Positions 1 to 10,991 are shown, counted from the first letter of the stretch. The stretch is 32,000 nucleotides of DNA from Mammaliicoccus vitulinus (GCF_029024305.1 NZ_CP118974.1:1611069-1643068); one strand, 5' to 3'. The notes: generated by a model not told the origin, from the letters alone. A program made the numbers and translations.

Positions 1-2716
1 GCTCTAATTGTTCAATTTCTTTTTGAATCAATTTATACTTATCTTGTTGATCCATCATTTTAGTTTCTATTTCATGCTTATAAACAGTGGACTGTTGAAT
101 TTGATTTTCTACTTTTTCAAACTGTCCGCTACCCGTATATTCATCAGAATTAATCAATTCTATTTGATCTTTAATTTTCGTTAAAGTATGTTCATATTCT
201 TTTAAATCTTCTTTCAGCCTTCTTTTATCTTGCTCTTTCAAGCGATTTCGTTCTTTTTCAACTGCAAGATTTGAACGCTTTTCATTCAATTCGTTCTGGA
301 TTGTCTTTTCACTATCTTTATTGTTAGATAACGAAGCATTTAATTGATTGATTTCTTCATCAATTGTTTCAAGGTCATTCTTAATTGTGACAAGTTTATT
401 TTTCTTTTCTTGTAATGTTTCTTGACCTTTCACGTAATTATATCCATCATTTTTCTCAAATTCAAAAGTCTCGTTCTCATCTTTCAGACGCTTTTCTTTA
501 GCTAATACAGCATCTAGTTGTAAAGTTACTTCATGTTCTCTAGCTCTCAGTTCTGTACCTCTTTCTTGTGTTTTTGAAAGAGATTCTTCCAACTGTTGAA
601 CTTCTGCTTTTAATGATTTTACTTTTGATTCAACTTGAGTCGTTTGTTGCATGAAGTTTTGATATTTATCTTCAGTGGTTTTAAGCTCATCCTTTTGAGA
701 TAACAAACTTGCTTTCTTTTCTTTACCGCCACCAGTCATAGCTCCGCCTGGCGTAATAACATCTCCTTCAAGCGTAACAATTCTATGCTTAAATTGAATG
801 GCTCTTGCAATTTCATTTGCTGTTTCTAAATCTTCAGCAATGATTGTGCTACCAAGTAAATGTTCTATTATATTTCGGTATTTAGGATCAAATTGAACAC
901 TTTCTGAAGCAATAGAAACAAAACCGCGACTGCTACTAATTTGATCGACAATATTTTGAGGCACAAAACGTTTTTTCACAACATTCATTGGTAAAAATGT
1001 TGCTCTACCTAACTTTTTATCTTTTAAATATTTTATAGCTAATCGCGCGTCTTTTTCTTCTTGAACGATAATATGTTGAAGTGAAGCACCTAACGCAATT
1101 TCGATTGCTGTCGTCAGCTTTGATGGTGTATCAATAATTTCTGCTACAGCACCTTCTACACCTTTTAAAGATTTTTCTTTTAAGACATGCTTAACGCCAG
1201 AATAAAAACCAGAGTATTCATCTTGCATACTTTTTAATGTATTAATACGCGTCTTCATTTGTTCTGTATATCGATAGGCTTGATACAGTTTTGACTCATT
1301 ATCTTTATACTCTAACTCTTTATTTTTCAGTAATGTCTGATCTAATTTATACTTTTCAGTCGTACTTTTAAGTTCAGTTTCTACCTCATTCAATCTTTGA
1401 GTATATGTCTCTTTTTCGTCCCAAACTTTTTGAAGTGCATCGTAAACTTCTTTTTGGCGACCATCTAATCTTGATTGTTTTTCTTGATATGATGCTAATT
1501 TATCTTCTAAAAATCGAATATCGTTATTGATATCAGATTGCTCTGTCATCAGTTGATAATAACGATCTTTAAGTTGCTCAATTCGTTCTTCAAATGTTCC
1601 TTCTTGGTTTGTAAGAAGTGCTTCCATTTGATTAATTTCTTGAACCATTGTTTGATAATTATTTTTAAAAGTAGCTAATTCTTTATCGATTTCTTGAATT
1701 TGTTCAGAAATCTTATTAATTCTTAATTGTGAAGCTTGTTTTTCTTCTTCAAGTCTTTCGTTTGTTGCATCACTATTTTTTTGACGTTCTTTTAAGACTT
1801 CAAGTTGACCAGTATAACGTTCTAGAGACTCAGTTGCTTCGACTAATGACTTATTAGATTCTTGAATTTGATAAGAAACATTGTCTCTCGACTTTTTCTT
1901 TTCGCGTAATTCAAAAGTCATAGCATCTAGTTCATTTGTTTTTTGATCTTTTTGATTTTGAAAATGCTCTATATCTTTCTCTAATTGTTTAAAATCTTCA
2001 TTTAAACTTTCAATATCATATACAGTTACCGTAATATCACTTTTTTTCATTTCTTCTTTCAAAGCAATATATTCTTCAGCAATCGCAGCTTCTTCTCTTA
2101 AAGGTTCCACTCGCGCTTCTAAATCAAACACAATATCTTCGACACGATTTAAATTTTGTTCAGTTTGTTCCAATTTATGTGTCGCTTCTTTTTTACGCTT
2201 TTTATATTTTAATACACCAGCAGCTTCTTCTATTAAATACCTTCTATCACTCGGTTTAGCATTTAATACTTCATCAACTTTACCTTGCGAGATGATACTA
2301 AATGCTTCTTTACCCAAACCTGAATCTAAAAATAAATCAAGGACGGACTTTAGACGTGTACGTTCGTTATTCAAATAGTACTCACTATCACCATTTCTAT
2401 AAAGTCTGCGTTCAACAGTGATCGTATCTTCATCTATATTTAATTTTCTAGAATGATTATCTAGTGTTAACTTAACTTCTGCATATTGACATTTCTTGCG
2501 TTCTTTAGATCCATTGAATATAACATCTTCCATCTTTGAACCACGTAAACTTTTAGCAGATTGTTCACCTAGAACCCATTTAATAGCGTCCGTAATGTTA
2601 CTTTTACCACTGCCATTCGGGCCAACAATAGCTGTTACACCATTATCAAAATCTACATGTGTATGTTCAGCAAAAGATTTAAACCCATATGCATCTATTG
2701 ATTTTAAATAAACCAT
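1..2716 (-). CDS. smc: Chromosome partition protein SMC, N-terminal ~905 codons (3' end beyond window start)
   Basis: ATG at 2716-2714 translates to MVYLKSIDAYGFKSFAEHTHVDFDNGVTAIVGPNGSGKSNITDAIKWVLGEQSAKSLRG (Walker A GPNGSGKS). A hinge-like VITPGGAMTGGGK is encoded near 725-765, and the hand-translated first 70 nt read as heptad-rich coiled coil. The track lists no minus-strand ORF here, which fits a frame open to the window edge with no stop in the window. Sits directly downstream of rnc, as in Bacillus and Staphylococcus. Confidence 0.93.
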   Translation of the reverse strand, partial: MVYLKSIDAYGFKSFAEHTHVDFDNGVTAIVGPNGSGKSNITDAIKWVLGEQSAKSLRGSKMEDVIFNGSKERKKCQYAEVKLTLDNHSRKLNIDEDTITVERRLYRNGDSEYYLNNERTRLKSVLDLFLDSGLGKEAFSIISQGKVDEVLNAKPSDRRYLIEEAAGVLKYKKRKKEATHKLEQTEQNLNRVEDIVFDLEARVEPLREEAAIAEEYIALKEEMKKSDITVTVYDIESLNEDFKQLEKDIEHFQNQKDQKTNELDAMTFELREKKKSRDNVSYQIQESNKSLVEATESLERYTGQLEVLKERQKNSDATNERLEEEKQASQLRINKISEQIQEIDKELATFKNNYQTMVQEINQMEALLTNQEGTFEERIEQLKDRYYQLMTEQSDINNDIRFLEDKLASYQEKQSRLDGRQKEVYDALQKVWDEKETYTQRLNEVETELKSTTEKYKLDQTLLKNKELEYKDNESKLYQAYRYTEQMKTRINTLKSMQDEYSGFYSGVKHVLKEKSLKGVEGAVAEIIDTPSKLTTAIEIALGASLQHIIVQEEKDARLAIKYLKDKKLGRATFLPMNVVKKRFVPQNIVDQISSSRGFVSIASESVQFDPKYRNIIEHLLGSTIIAEDLETANEIARAIQFKHRIVTLEGDVITPGGAMTGGGKEKKASLLSQKDELKTTEDKYQNFMQQTTQVESKVKSLKAEVQQLEESLSKTQERGTELRAREHEVTLQLDAVLAKEKRLKDENETFEFEKNDGYNYVKGQETLQEKKNKLVTIKNDLETIDEEINQLNASLSNNKDSEKTIQNELNEKRSNLAVEKERNRLKEQDKRRLKEDLKEYEHTLTKIKDQIELINSDEYTGSGQFEKVENQIQQSTVYKHEIETKMMDQQDKYKLIQKEIEQLE

Positions 2717-2726
2717 AAACTACCCC

Positions 2727-3446
2727 TTATTGACCTTTATTCAGCGCTTTTTTAGCAGCATTTTGCTCAGATTCTTTTTTCGTTCTACCTTGTCCATTTT
2801 CTAAAGGATCACCATTCAATAGAACTTGTGACGTGAACAACTTATGGTGAGCAGGACCACTTTCATCTAACAAATGATACGTTATAGTACCTTTATTGCG
2901 ACGATGCATAAACTCTTGTAATTCCGTTTTATAGTCACGATTAGCAGTATAACTGTCATCTATCACATTAGGATATACAACTTTATTCAAAAATACTTCA
3001 ACAGTATCAAGGCCTTTATCTAAATACAATGCACCTACAAATGATTCAAATGCATCAGCGATTAAAGAAGGTCTTTCACGTCCACCTGTTTTTTCTTCGC
3101 CTTTACCTAATAAAAGTAACTCGTTCATATTTAAACTCATTGCAAATGTTACAAGTGATGGTTCACATACAATTGATGCGCGCAGTTTAGTGAGCTTACC
3201 TTCTGGAAGTAATGGAAATTTCTTATACAAAAACTGTGACACCGTCAATTCTAACACCGCATCTCCTAAAAACTCTAAACGCTCATTGTGACTTAGTTTA
3301 TCAAGTTTAAAATCATTAATAAAACTAGAATGCGAGAACGCCTGGACATATATATCATAATTTTCAAATTCGATATCGACTTCATTCATGAATTCATTGA
3401 ATTTGGCTTTAAACTGGGTTATTATCTGTGATTTATTATTAAACAT
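2727..3446 (-). CDS. rnc: Ribonuclease III
   Basis: RNase III signature [12 protein letters not shown] plus a C-terminal dsRBD (KTELQEF...GPAHHKLF...[16 protein letters not shown]). The track ORF extends to 3464, but AAGGAGGA lies 5 nt upstream of the ATG at 3446 (MFNNKSQ...), so the internal start is preferred. Confidence 0.93.
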   Translation of the reverse strand: MFNNKSQIITQFKAKFNEFMNEVDIEFENYDIYVQAFSHSSFINDFKLDKLSHNERLEFLGDAVLELTVSQFLYKKFPLLPEGKLTKLRASIVCEPSLVTFAMSLNMNELLLLGKGEEKTGGRERPSLIADAFESFVGALYLDKGLDTVEVFLNKVVYPNVIDDSYTANRDYKTELQEFMHRRNKGTITYHLLDESGPAHHKLFTSQVLLNGDPLENGQGRTKKESEQNAAKKALNKGQ

Positions 3447-3631
3447 GCCTTTCCTCCTTAACATTATGTTTCCTATCTATTTTACGTTATATTTCGTAAA
3501 AAAAAAAGAATATTATCATAAACAACAATAACAGTTTAGAATCTATGTACAAATTACAAATAAAGGAGAAAAACTAAACATATAACACATTATTTTTTTG
3601 AAATCGTCTTGCTTTAACGCTACCAAAACAA

Positions 3632-3658
3632 GAAAAAATGGCAGCTCTATGAGCTACC
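3632..3658 (-). terminator. Rho-independent terminator downstream of the CHAP gene
   Basis: On the minus strand: GGTAGCTC-ATA-GAGCTGCC (8-bp stem with one G-U pair) followed by a T-run (plus-strand A-run 3632-3638). Starts 5 nt after the CHAP stop codon. Confidence 0.7.
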
Positions 3659-3662
3659 AAAA

Positions 3663-4277
3663 TTAATTAGGTCTTATAAACCACATTTCTGTTTCGTAAT
3701 TATGTGTAATACGTTGTGCAACTTCAGTTTTATCCGTTCCACCACCGTACCAATTTTGATCTAAGCTTTGAAATTGCATGACGTTTCCATCAGCATTTCC
3801 ATTTAACACAATTGCAGTGTGTCCTGCACCCGAACCAAAATCTCCATTAAATACGACGATATCTCCAGGTTGTGCGACAAATGAAGGTGTGTTTTTATAA
3901 ACAGTTGCTTCACCACTAAAATTATTAGCCGTTGGAATATCTTTTGCATAATCGCCGTGTAAACCGTGACCATATAAATAATTCCAATAGTAGTTTACAA
4001 GGTCAAAACATTGCCACCCGTAATATCCATCGAAGTCCCAACCTTTACCTTCTAACGAATAGACATAACTCATCGCAGCTGTTGAAGTTTTGGCTACTTC
4101 CTTTTGGATATCACTTGATTTCTTATCGTAATTTCTATGATCAACCTCAACGTTCTGTATCTTAGGTGATTTGTCTTTAGATGTATCGTCTTCTTTAGCA
4201 TCCGCTTGCATGCTCAAATTAAGTACGGTCAAACTTGTAAATGCGACTGCTAATATTAATTTAGACTTAATTTTCAT
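3663..4277 (-). CDS. Secreted CHAP-domain peptidoglycan hydrolase (endolysin-type CHAP, no wall-binding domain)
   Basis: Sec signal peptide [27 protein letters not shown]|KEDD. The CHAP core [17 protein letters not shown]...GHTAIVL...SLDQNW...WFIRP has the Cys and His in the expected context and closely resembles the CHAP domain of staphylococcal phage endolysins as I recall it. SD AAGGGGGA precedes the ATG. Confidence 0.85.
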   Translation of the reverse strand: MKIKSKLILAVAFTSLTVLNLSMQADAKEDDTSKDKSPKIQNVEVDHRNYDKKSSDIQKEVAKTSTAAMSYVYSLEGKGWDFDGYYGWQCFDLVNYYWNYLYGHGLHGDYAKDIPTANNFSGEATVYKNTPSFVAQPGDIVVFNGDFGSGAGHTAIVLNGNADGNVMQFQSLDQNWYGGGTDKTEVAQRITHNYETEMWFIRPN

Positions 4278-4440
4278 ACATCCCCCTTATAATTATGTAT
4301 TTATATATTCTTGTTCAGAATATTAAAATATTTTATCATATATAAAGTATACTGAATAGGTTATAAAGATTAATTCTTGATTACAAATAGATAACATATA
4401 TATATCTTTTCTAAAGCGCTTATAAGATCCATTAAAACAC

Positions 4441-4474
4441 AAAACAAAAAGCCCGTAACCTATAGTTACGAGCT
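4441..4474 (-). terminator. Rho-independent terminator downstream of acpP (bidirectional shape)
   Basis: On the minus strand: AGCTCGTAAC-TATAG-GTTACGGGCT (10-bp stem with one G-U pair) followed by TTTTTGTTTT. A T-run also follows on the plus side. Confidence 0.75.
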
Positions 4475-4487
4475 TTTTAAATCAGAA

Positions 4488-4721
4488 TTATTTATCTAAT
4501 GATTCAATATATTTAACAGCGTCACCAACTGTGTTGATTTTTTCTGCTTCCTCATCAGGGATTTCCATATCAAATTCATCTTCTAATTCCATTACTAATT
4601 CAGCGATATCTAAAGAATCAGCACCTAAATCATCTTTAAATGAAGCTTCAGGCGTTACTTTTTCAGCGTCTACACCTAAACGATCTACAATAATATCTTT
4701 AACTTTATCGAAACTTGCCAT
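4488..4721 (-). CDS. acpP: Acyl carrier protein
   Basis: [19 protein letters not shown] contains the phosphopantetheine attachment motif DSL. The track start at 4730 is a GTG. The ATG at 4721 (MASFDKVK...) sits 6 nt after GGAGGTG, giving 77 aa. Confidence 0.95.
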   Translation of the reverse strand: MASFDKVKDIIVDRLGVDAEKVTPEASFKDDLGADSLDIAELVMELEDEFDMEIPDEEAEKINTVGDAVKYIESLDK

Positions 4722-4808
4722 TCCATTCACCTCCTTTAAATAATTGTATTATCTATATAATAAGAAATGCAATTTCTCTTACTATCAATTATGCCTACAA
4801 CACAATTT

Positions 4809-5546
4809 TTATTGCATGTACATGCCACCATTAACATGTAATGTTTGACCAGTAATATAACTTGCTTTATCACTAGCAAGGAAAGCTACTGTATGTGCAA
4901 TATCATCATCTTCTCCAAATCTACCTAATGGAATTTGTGTTTTCATTTGTTCTTTCAATTCATCAGATAGTTGATCTGTCATATCAGAAACAATAAATCC
5001 TGGTGCGACTGCGTTACAAGTTATTCCTCTTGATGCTAACTCTCTCGCGAAAGTTTTTGTCATACCTTCTACTCCAGCTTTAGTAGCAACATAGTTTACT
5101 TGACCAGGATTACCTAAAGCACCTACTACACTAGAAAGATTGATAATGCGGCCTGATTTTTGTTTTAACATTGGTCTTGTAACGGCTTGAACACAATTGA
5201 ATACACCTTTTAGGTTAGTATTAATGACATCATCCCACTCATCTTGTTTCATTCTCATTAATAGATTATCTCTTGTAACACCTGCATTGTTTACAAGTAC
5301 ATCAATTGTTCCATATTGACTTGTCGTTTCTTTAATCATAGCTTTTACTTCATCAATTTCACTAACATTGGCTTGAATAGCAAAAGCATCTACGCCAAAT
5401 TCTTTTATTTCAGCAACGACTTGTTCAGCTTTTTCTTTGTTTCCTGCATAGTTTACAACTACGTTATAGCCTTCTTTACCAAGTTCTAATGCGATTTTTC
5501 TACCTATACCTCTAGAAGCTCCTGTGACGATTGCTGTTTTTGTCAT
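4809..5546 (-). CDS. fabG: 3-oxoacyl-ACP reductase
   Basis: SDR with TGASRGIG cofactor motif and catalytic YVATKAG (YxxxK). Very similar to staphylococcal FabG and positioned in the fab operon. Confidence 0.95.
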   Translation of the reverse strand: MTKTAIVTGASRGIGRKIALELGKEGYNVVVNYAGNKEKAEQVVAEIKEFGVDAFAIQANVSEIDEVKAMIKETTSQYGTIDVLVNNAGVTRDNLLMRMKQDEWDDVINTNLKGVFNCVQAVTRPMLKQKSGRIINLSSVVGALGNPGQVNYVATKAGVEGMTKTFARELASRGITCNAVAPGFIVSDMTDQLSDELKEQMKTQIPLGRFGEDDDIAHTVAFLASDKASYITGQTLHVNGGMYMQ

Positions 5547-6466
5547 TATTCATTCCATCCTTTAATATCATCAATTGTTTGAATTGATGTTATTTTAACA
5601 TCTCGGCTAATCTTTTTAACTAAACCAGATAAAACTTTATTAGGACCTACTTCAACAAAATGATCTACACCTTGCTCTATTAAATACTCAATAGATTGAC
5701 TGAATTCAACAGGTGAGAACAATTGTTTTACCATATTTTCTTTAATGATGCGATGATCTGTTTCAGGTTTAGCGTAAACATTTTGTACGATTGGATGTTC
5801 CGCATCTTTCCATTCAAATTGATTAATGTAATTTTCGAAATCTTCGGCAATTGTTTTCATCATTGATGAATGGAATGGACCAGAAACTTTTAATGGCATG
5901 ACACGTTTAGCACCTAATGATTTACCTTCTGCAGCTAATTTGTCTATTAATTCTGAATGTCCAGAAACGACAATTTGACCAGGACAATTAATATTAGCTG
6001 GTTCAATCAATTTATCTTCGGTAGATAATTGATCACAGATAGATTTTACTTCATCGATGTTTAAGCCTAGAACTGCAGCCATAGAACCTACACCTTGTGG
6101 AAAAGCTTCAGACATTAACGTACCACGTTTATGTACGATTTGAACAGCGTCTTCAAATTTTAATACACCTTCTGATACTAAAGCTGAATACTCTCCTAAA
6201 CTATGTCCTAAAGCAAAGTCATAATTTAAATTTTCAAGTGCGTTCATAAGTGCTGAACTATGCGTCAATAAAGCGGGTTGTGTATATTCAGTTAATCCTA
6301 AAACGCCTTCTGAATCTTCAAACATTATTTCAAGTAAATCAAATGATAAAGATTCATTAGCTCTATCTAAAATTGATGTTGACTTAATTTCATGCTGATA
6401 CAAGTCCTGAGCCATACCTACTTTTTGAGAACCTTGACCAGGAAACATAATGGCAACTTTACTCAT
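5546..6466 (-). CDS. fabD: Malonyl CoA-ACP transacylase
   Basis: FPGQGSQ and the active-site GHSLGEYSA motif. The preferred start [14 protein letters not shown] at 6466 overlaps the plsX stop by 8 nt (ATGAGTAA). The stop overlaps the fabG ATG by 1 nt (TAATG). Confidence 0.94.
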   Translation of the reverse strand: MSKVAIMFPGQGSQKVGMAQDLYQHEIKSTSILDRANESLSFDLLEIMFEDSEGVLGLTEYTQPALLTHSSALMNALENLNYDFALGHSLGEYSALVSEGVLKFEDAVQIVHKRGTLMSEAFPQGVGSMAAVLGLNIDEVKSICDQLSTEDKLIEPANINCPGQIVVSGHSELIDKLAAEGKSLGAKRVMPLKVSGPFHSSMMKTIAEDFENYINQFEWKDAEHPIVQNVYAKPETDHRIIKENMVKQLFSPVEFSQSIEYLIEQGVDHFVEVGPNKVLSGLVKKISRDVKITSIQTIDDIKGWNE

Positions 6467-7445
6467 TAATTTCACCTACTGCTTTCTTCATTTTATCTAC
6501 TAGTTTAGTGTCTGCAGCTAGTTTAGCTTGTTTAATTGCGTTGTAAAATGCGCGTTCATTTGATGAACCATGAGCTTTTACTACGACACCATTTAATCCT
6601 AAAAGAACAGAACCACCGTATTCAGCAGAGTCCATTTTATTATTGATTTGCTTAAGATCTTTTTTCAAAGTAAGTGCAGCTAGTTTATTTTTTGGTGAAG
6701 CAGTCATTGCTTCTTTTAACATTTTGAATATACCAGTTGCTGTACCTTCGATTGTTTTTAATACCATGTTACCGTTATATCCATCAGACACAACTACATC
6801 ACAAGTATCTAACAGTAAAGATTTTGCTTCAATATTACCAATAAAATTATCGAATTTTTCTTCTTTTAATAATTCATACGTCTTTTTAGTTAAAGCATTA
6901 CCTTTCGATTCTTCAGTTCCTATATTTAATAATGCAAGTGAAGGCTTTTCGATACTTCTAATTTGTTTAGCGTATATCTCACCCATCTTTGCATATTGAA
7001 CAAGGTGTTCTGGCTTAGCATCAGAGTTTGCACCGATATCTAAAAACACAAATCCTTTACCTGTTACAGTAGGGAATGTAGCAACTAATGCTGGTCTTTC
7101 AATGCCTTTCATTCTACCTACAATAAATAAACCACTACTCATTAATGCGCCTGTGTTTCCAGCTGATACACATGCTTCAGCAGTGCCTTCTTTAACGGCA
7201 TTTGCCATTAGCACCATAGATGCGTTTTTCTTTTTCTTAATAGACCTAACAGGCTCATCATCCATTGTTATGACTTCATCAGTATGATGGAAAATAACGC
7301 GCTCATGTTGGTAATTATATTGTTTTTCATCACCATACAACAATATTTCTAAATCCGGAAAATCATTAATTGCTTTCTTAATTGCTTCTATTACGATACC
7401 TGGTGCTTCGTCTCCACCCATCATATCTATCGCAATTTTAACCAT
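6459..7445 (-). CDS. plsX: Phosphate acyltransferase PlsX
   Basis: [15 protein letters not shown]... is the typical PlsX N-terminus and gives 328 aa. The 20-codon extension in the track overlaps fapR and is rejected. The ATG at 7445 overlaps the fapR stop by 8 nt. Confidence 0.93.
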   Translation of the reverse strand: MVKIAIDMMGGDEAPGIVIEAIKKAINDFPDLEILLYGDEKQYNYQHERVIFHHTDEVITMDDEPVRSIKKKKNASMVLMANAVKEGTAEACVSAGNTGALMSSGLFIVGRMKGIERPALVATFPTVTGKGFVFLDIGANSDAKPEHLVQYAKMGEIYAKQIRSIEKPSLALLNIGTEESKGNALTKKTYELLKEEKFDNFIGNIEAKSLLLDTCDVVVSDGYNGNMVLKTIEGTATGIFKMLKEAMTASPKNKLAALTLKKDLKQINNKMDSAEYGGSVLLGLNGVVVKAHGSSNERAFYNAIKQAKLAADTKLVDKMKKAVGEINE

Positions 7446-8022
7446 TATTTTCACCCTCGTCCGAATAATACATTTCAAATTGTCCTTGGAAAACTGGCTC
7501 TCCATGAACAGTACTTGTTACTTCCACTTTAGCTATATGCTTAGATTTACTTTTAACAGTAGCTTTAGCTATAACTCTTTCGTTCAAAATTACAGATTTT
7601 TTGAATTGCACATTACTCTTAGTAGTTAATGCTAATTCGTCATTTATTAATGCTACGCATAATGAATTAGCTTGGGCAAATAAATAGTGACCTCTTGCTA
7701 TCCCATTGCGTGTAAACACATGTTCTTCTTTAATATCTAAAATTGATATAGCTGATTTATCTAACTCAATATCAATAATTTCCCCTATGACATCTTCAAT
7801 GGGTAATGATTTAATTTCATCATGATTTTGTGTTGCTACGTCTTTAATACGGCGTCTTAATTCAGGAATACCTAGCTCCATTCTATCTAGTCTAATAGTT
7901 TGGATGCTTACTTTAAAATATTCACTTAAAGTTTCGTCAGTTATGAAAGGCTCTGCTTTCAAACGATTTGTTAATTCCCTCTGGCGATCTGTTTTTGATA
8001 ATTTCATTTCATCCATATCCAT
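7438..8022 (-). CDS. fapR: Fatty acid/phospholipid synthesis repressor FapR
   Basis: N-terminal HTH ([27 protein letters not shown]) plus a C-terminal hotdog/thioesterase-like domain ([20 protein letters not shown]). Sits at the head of the plsX-fabD-fabG operon. The start is ambiguous among ATGs at 8022, 8016 and 8007, none with a strong SD. Confidence 0.9.
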   Translation of the reverse strand: MDMDEMKLSKTDRQRELTNRLKAEPFITDETLSEYFKVSIQTIRLDRMELGIPELRRRIKDVATQNHDEIKSLPIEDVIGEIIDIELDKSAISILDIKEEHVFTRNGIARGHYLFAQANSLCVALINDELALTTKSNVQFKKSVILNERVIAKATVKSKSKHIAKVEVTSTVHGEPVFQGQFEMYYSDEGENNG

Positions 8023-8046
8023 TCTATTATGTACTTATAGCTAAAA

Positions 8047-8062
8047 TTAGCACCTGCTATCA
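8047..8062. promoter_or_regulatory. Possible FapR operator half-palindrome upstream of fapR
   Basis: TTAGCACCTGCTATCA lies 25-40 nt upstream of the fapR ORF. The left half TTAGCACC matches 7 of 8 positions of the FapR box half-site TTAGTACC as I remember it, and the core forms TAGCA-NN-TGCTA. The right half is a weak match. Confidence 0.25.
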
Positions 8063-8120
8063 TGACCTACCTTATTTATACTAACACGGGTATAACACTA
8101 TACTCAACAATTAATACAAT

Positions 8121-8153
8121 AAAAAAGAGTGAAATTTACTTTTTCACTCTTTT
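8121..8153 (-). terminator. Rho-independent terminator downstream of the sortase gene (bidirectional shape)
   Basis: AGAGTGAAA-TTTACTT-TTTCACTCT (9-bp stem), flanked by an A-run on one side and a T-run on the other. Lies 9 nt beyond the sortase stop. Confidence 0.7.
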
Positions 8154-8161
8154 AATGTAAT

Positions 8162-8782
8162 TTATGATGTTTTTACCTCTACAGCAGTATATATCATGCG
8201 CTCTTCAAACAATAACGTTTCAGGGTTATAAGTATCACAAGTAATTAAGGTTAATTGATTAGGCTGGCCCTTATGTTCATTTAACACTTCAACTTGATTA
8301 GGCTTAACATTTTTAATGTTTTTAATTTTGTAAGTTTTAGTACCTTTAATTGTTATGAGCTTTACATCGTCGCCTACTTTAGCTCTATCCAAGTTATTAA
8401 ACCGTATACCAGCACCCTCAACGCGATGACCTGCAATTGCAACATTTTGCTCATTAAGTTGTTCATTTTCATCAACTAATGACAAGCCGTTTTTCAAGTT
8501 TTGCTCAGTTGCTGGCCCTTTGAATATAGGCTCTGATATGTCAGCAGATGGGACTTTTAAATAGCCTACCATATTATCATTAATTTTAAGTTGATCAGTT
8601 TCAGTCTTTGTAATCCATGATTCAACAGGATTGACTTCGACTTTATTATTTTGATTTTCATAAGATTGAATCACTTTATCGTTAACACGTTCCGTAAAGT
8701 AAGTTCTTATATCATTCCAAAAAAATATTGAAATAGCCGCAACGATGAGTATAATTCCGATAATCTTTAAAAACCATCTCAT
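8162..8782 (-). CDS. srtA: Class A sortase
   Basis: N-terminal membrane anchor (WFLKIIGIILIVAAISIFFW). Catalytic His in VAIAGHRV, the TLITC Cys motif (QLTLITCD), and a downstream Arg (EERMIYTAVEV). At 206 aa it is collinear with S. aureus SrtA as I recall it. Confidence 0.9.
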   Translation of the reverse strand: MRWFLKIIGIILIVAAISIFFWNDIRTYFTERVNDKVIQSYENQNNKVEVNPVESWITKTETDQLKINDNMVGYLKVPSADISEPIFKGPATEQNLKNGLSLVDENEQLNEQNVAIAGHRVEGAGIRFNNLDRAKVGDDVKLITIKGTKTYKIKNIKNVKPNQVEVLNEHKGQPNQLTLITCDTYNPETLLFEERMIYTAVEVKTS

Positions 8783-8840
8783 GTATCTTACCTACTCTCA
8801 AATTATGGTAATTCAAATTTATACAATCAATCTATTGATG

Positions 8841-10880
8841 TCAATCAAAATTTTGTTCTTCCATCGATTCTTGTACAAGCATTCTTAATTTATCATATTG
8901 CGGTTTAAAAAACTCACCAGACTGCACTAATTCACTCGCTTCATCTCGAGCAACTTCTAGCATACGATAATCTTCAACGATATTGGCAACTCTAAAATCT
9001 GGCAACCCACTTTGCTTCACACCGAAGAAATCACCAGGACCTCTCATTTCTAAGTCTCTTTCTGATAAATAAAACCCATCCGTTGATTCAGTCATAATGT
9101 GCATGCGTTCTACGCCGCTTTCTGTTTTCGGAGATGCAACTAAAGTACAATAACTTTGATGATGACTACGACCGACTCTCCCTCTTAATTGATGAAGTGT
9201 AGATAAACCAAATCGATCTGCATCATATATAACCATAAATGTTGCGTTAGGGACGTTAACGCCTACTTCAACAACTGTTGTAGATACAAGTATCGCAATT
9301 TCATTGTTGCTAAAACGTTTCATAATGTCATCTTTTTCATCTGCATGCATCTTCCCATGCACGAGGCCCACTTTTTCCGAACCAAATCTTAATTGTAATT
9401 GTTCATATATGGCTACGACATTTTGTACGTCTAACGCTTCACTTTCCTCAATCAATGGGCAAATGACATAAGCTTGTCGGCCTTTTACAATTTCACTATT
9501 AAGTTTGTTTAATACATTATCAATTTCATCGTGTTTAGCCCAAGATGTCATAATTTCTTTACGACCTTTAGGCATTTGCTTGATCGAAGTTACGTCCATT
9601 TCTCCAAATGCGGAAATAGATAATGTTCTTGGAATAGGTGTTGCAGTCATAAACAACACGTTCGTATCGGCACCTTTTTCTCGTAATTTTTTTCGTTGAT
9701 TAACACCGAAACGATGTTGTTCGTCTATAATAACTAAACCTATATTTTGGAAGGCAACATCATCTTGTATTAAAGCATGTGTGCCAACGATAATATCAAT
9801 TTCTCCCGCTTCTAATTGCTCTAATAGTATTTTCCGTTTTTTACCTTTTACTGAACTGGTTAATAAAGCCACGTTCAACTTTCCACCGAATAATTCATCT
9901 AAACTGATAGCATGTTGTTCTGCAAGTATGGCTGTTGGAACCATTAACGCACTTTGTTTTCCTGCATTATACATAGCATATATCGCAATAGCTGCAACGA
10001 CTGTTTTACCTGAACCTACATCACCTTGTAATAATCGATGCATTTTTATAGGCGCTTTTAAATCTCTAAAAATTTCATTCACACTATTTTTTTGAGCATC
10101 TGTCAATTCAAATGGTAATGTATCAATAAAAGATTTGACGTCATTTACATCATATTTAAGTCCTTCGATTTTATTGGATTCTTTTTCTAATTTACTTAAC
10201 CACTTCATTTTCAATTGAAATAAAAATAATTCATTAAATGAAAATGTACGACGAGCTAGTTTTAAATGCTCAAACTTTACTGGTTTATGTAATATAGGAA
10301 TGACATCCTTCAAAGACATTAATTTATATTTTTGCATTAATTCTGGAGATAACCATTCATCTATATCGACTAGATTTAAGGATTGCTCGATATATTTATT
10401 GAGTTGTTTTTGCTTAAGCCCTTCTTTCAGCCTATAGATTGGCGTTAATGCGTTACCTCCGTCTTCTTTTTCAGCCATAACTTTTTGTCCTGTTATAACT
10501 TGTTTCTTCTGTTCCCATTTCCCTTTAACCGTCACTGTTTCACCCATCACAAGTCTTTTTTTCAAATACGGTTGGTTAAAAAAGGTTATTTTCACAGCTA
10601 TATTATCAATCATCATATGACATGTTAATTTAGACTTATTTCTACCGAAAAATGCAACAGTCGGACTAGAATATACTTCTCCAGTTACTGTTACAACATC
10701 ACCATCATTAGCCTCATTTAAATTGACAACGGATTCATCTTCATAACGAGTTGGTAAATACAATACAAGATCTTCTAATGTGTATATATTTAATTCGTTT
10801 AACAACTGAAGACTTTTAGGTCCAACACCTTTAAGCTCTTCCAACGTATGGTCTGTATAGATCAGATGTTGCTTTCTCAT
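8841..10880 (-). CDS. recG: ATP-dependent DNA helicase RecG
   Basis: Walker [16 protein letters not shown] box, TATPIPRT and QLRGRVGR helicase motifs, plus an N-terminal wedge/OB region. The track start at 10889 is a GTG. The ATG at 10880 (MRKQHLIY) lies 5 nt after AGGTGA. Confidence 0.94.
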   Translation of the reverse strand: MRKQHLIYTDHTLEELKGVGPKSLQLLNELNIYTLEDLVLYLPTRYEDESVVNLNEANDGDVVTVTGEVYSSPTVAFFGRNKSKLTCHMMIDNIAVKITFFNQPYLKKRLVMGETVTVKGKWEQKKQVITGQKVMAEKEDGGNALTPIYRLKEGLKQKQLNKYIEQSLNLVDIDEWLSPELMQKYKLMSLKDVIPILHKPVKFEHLKLARRTFSFNELFLFQLKMKWLSKLEKESNKIEGLKYDVNDVKSFIDTLPFELTDAQKNSVNEIFRDLKAPIKMHRLLQGDVGSGKTVVAAIAIYAMYNAGKQSALMVPTAILAEQHAISLDELFGGKLNVALLTSSVKGKKRKILLEQLEAGEIDIIVGTHALIQDDVAFQNIGLVIIDEQHRFGVNQRKKLREKGADTNVLFMTATPIPRTLSISAFGEMDVTSIKQMPKGRKEIMTSWAKHDEIDNVLNKLNSEIVKGRQAYVICPLIEESEALDVQNVVAIYEQLQLRFGSEKVGLVHGKMHADEKDDIMKRFSNNEIAILVSTTVVEVGVNVPNATFMVIYDADRFGLSTLHQLRGRVGRSHHQSYCTLVASPKTESGVERMHIMTESTDGFYLSERDLEMRGPGDFFGVKQSGLPDFRVANIVEDYRMLEVARDEASELVQSGEFFKPQYDKLRMLVQESMEEQNFD

Positions 10881-10909
10881 TTTTATCACCTATATTAATT
10901 AATACTCTA

Positions 10910-10939
10910 ATTATAGAACAAATATTTACGATAAACCAA
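10910..10939 (-). promoter_or_regulatory. Putative sigma-A promoter for recG
   Basis: Minus strand reads TTGGTT, an 18-nt spacer, then TATAAT. It lies about 30 nt upstream of the recG start. Confidence 0.35.
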
Positions 10940-10991
10940 TTGAATCTATTAGATCACCATTTGCACTGTAAAAAAACGTTACAAAATTAAA

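Noticed and set aside
3465-3631. AAAGGAG motif at about 3563 in the rnc/CHAP intergenic region as the RBS of an unannotated small gene
   Set aside because: No ATG, GTG or TTG lies at a usable distance downstream, and the nearest in-frame triplets hit a stop immediately.
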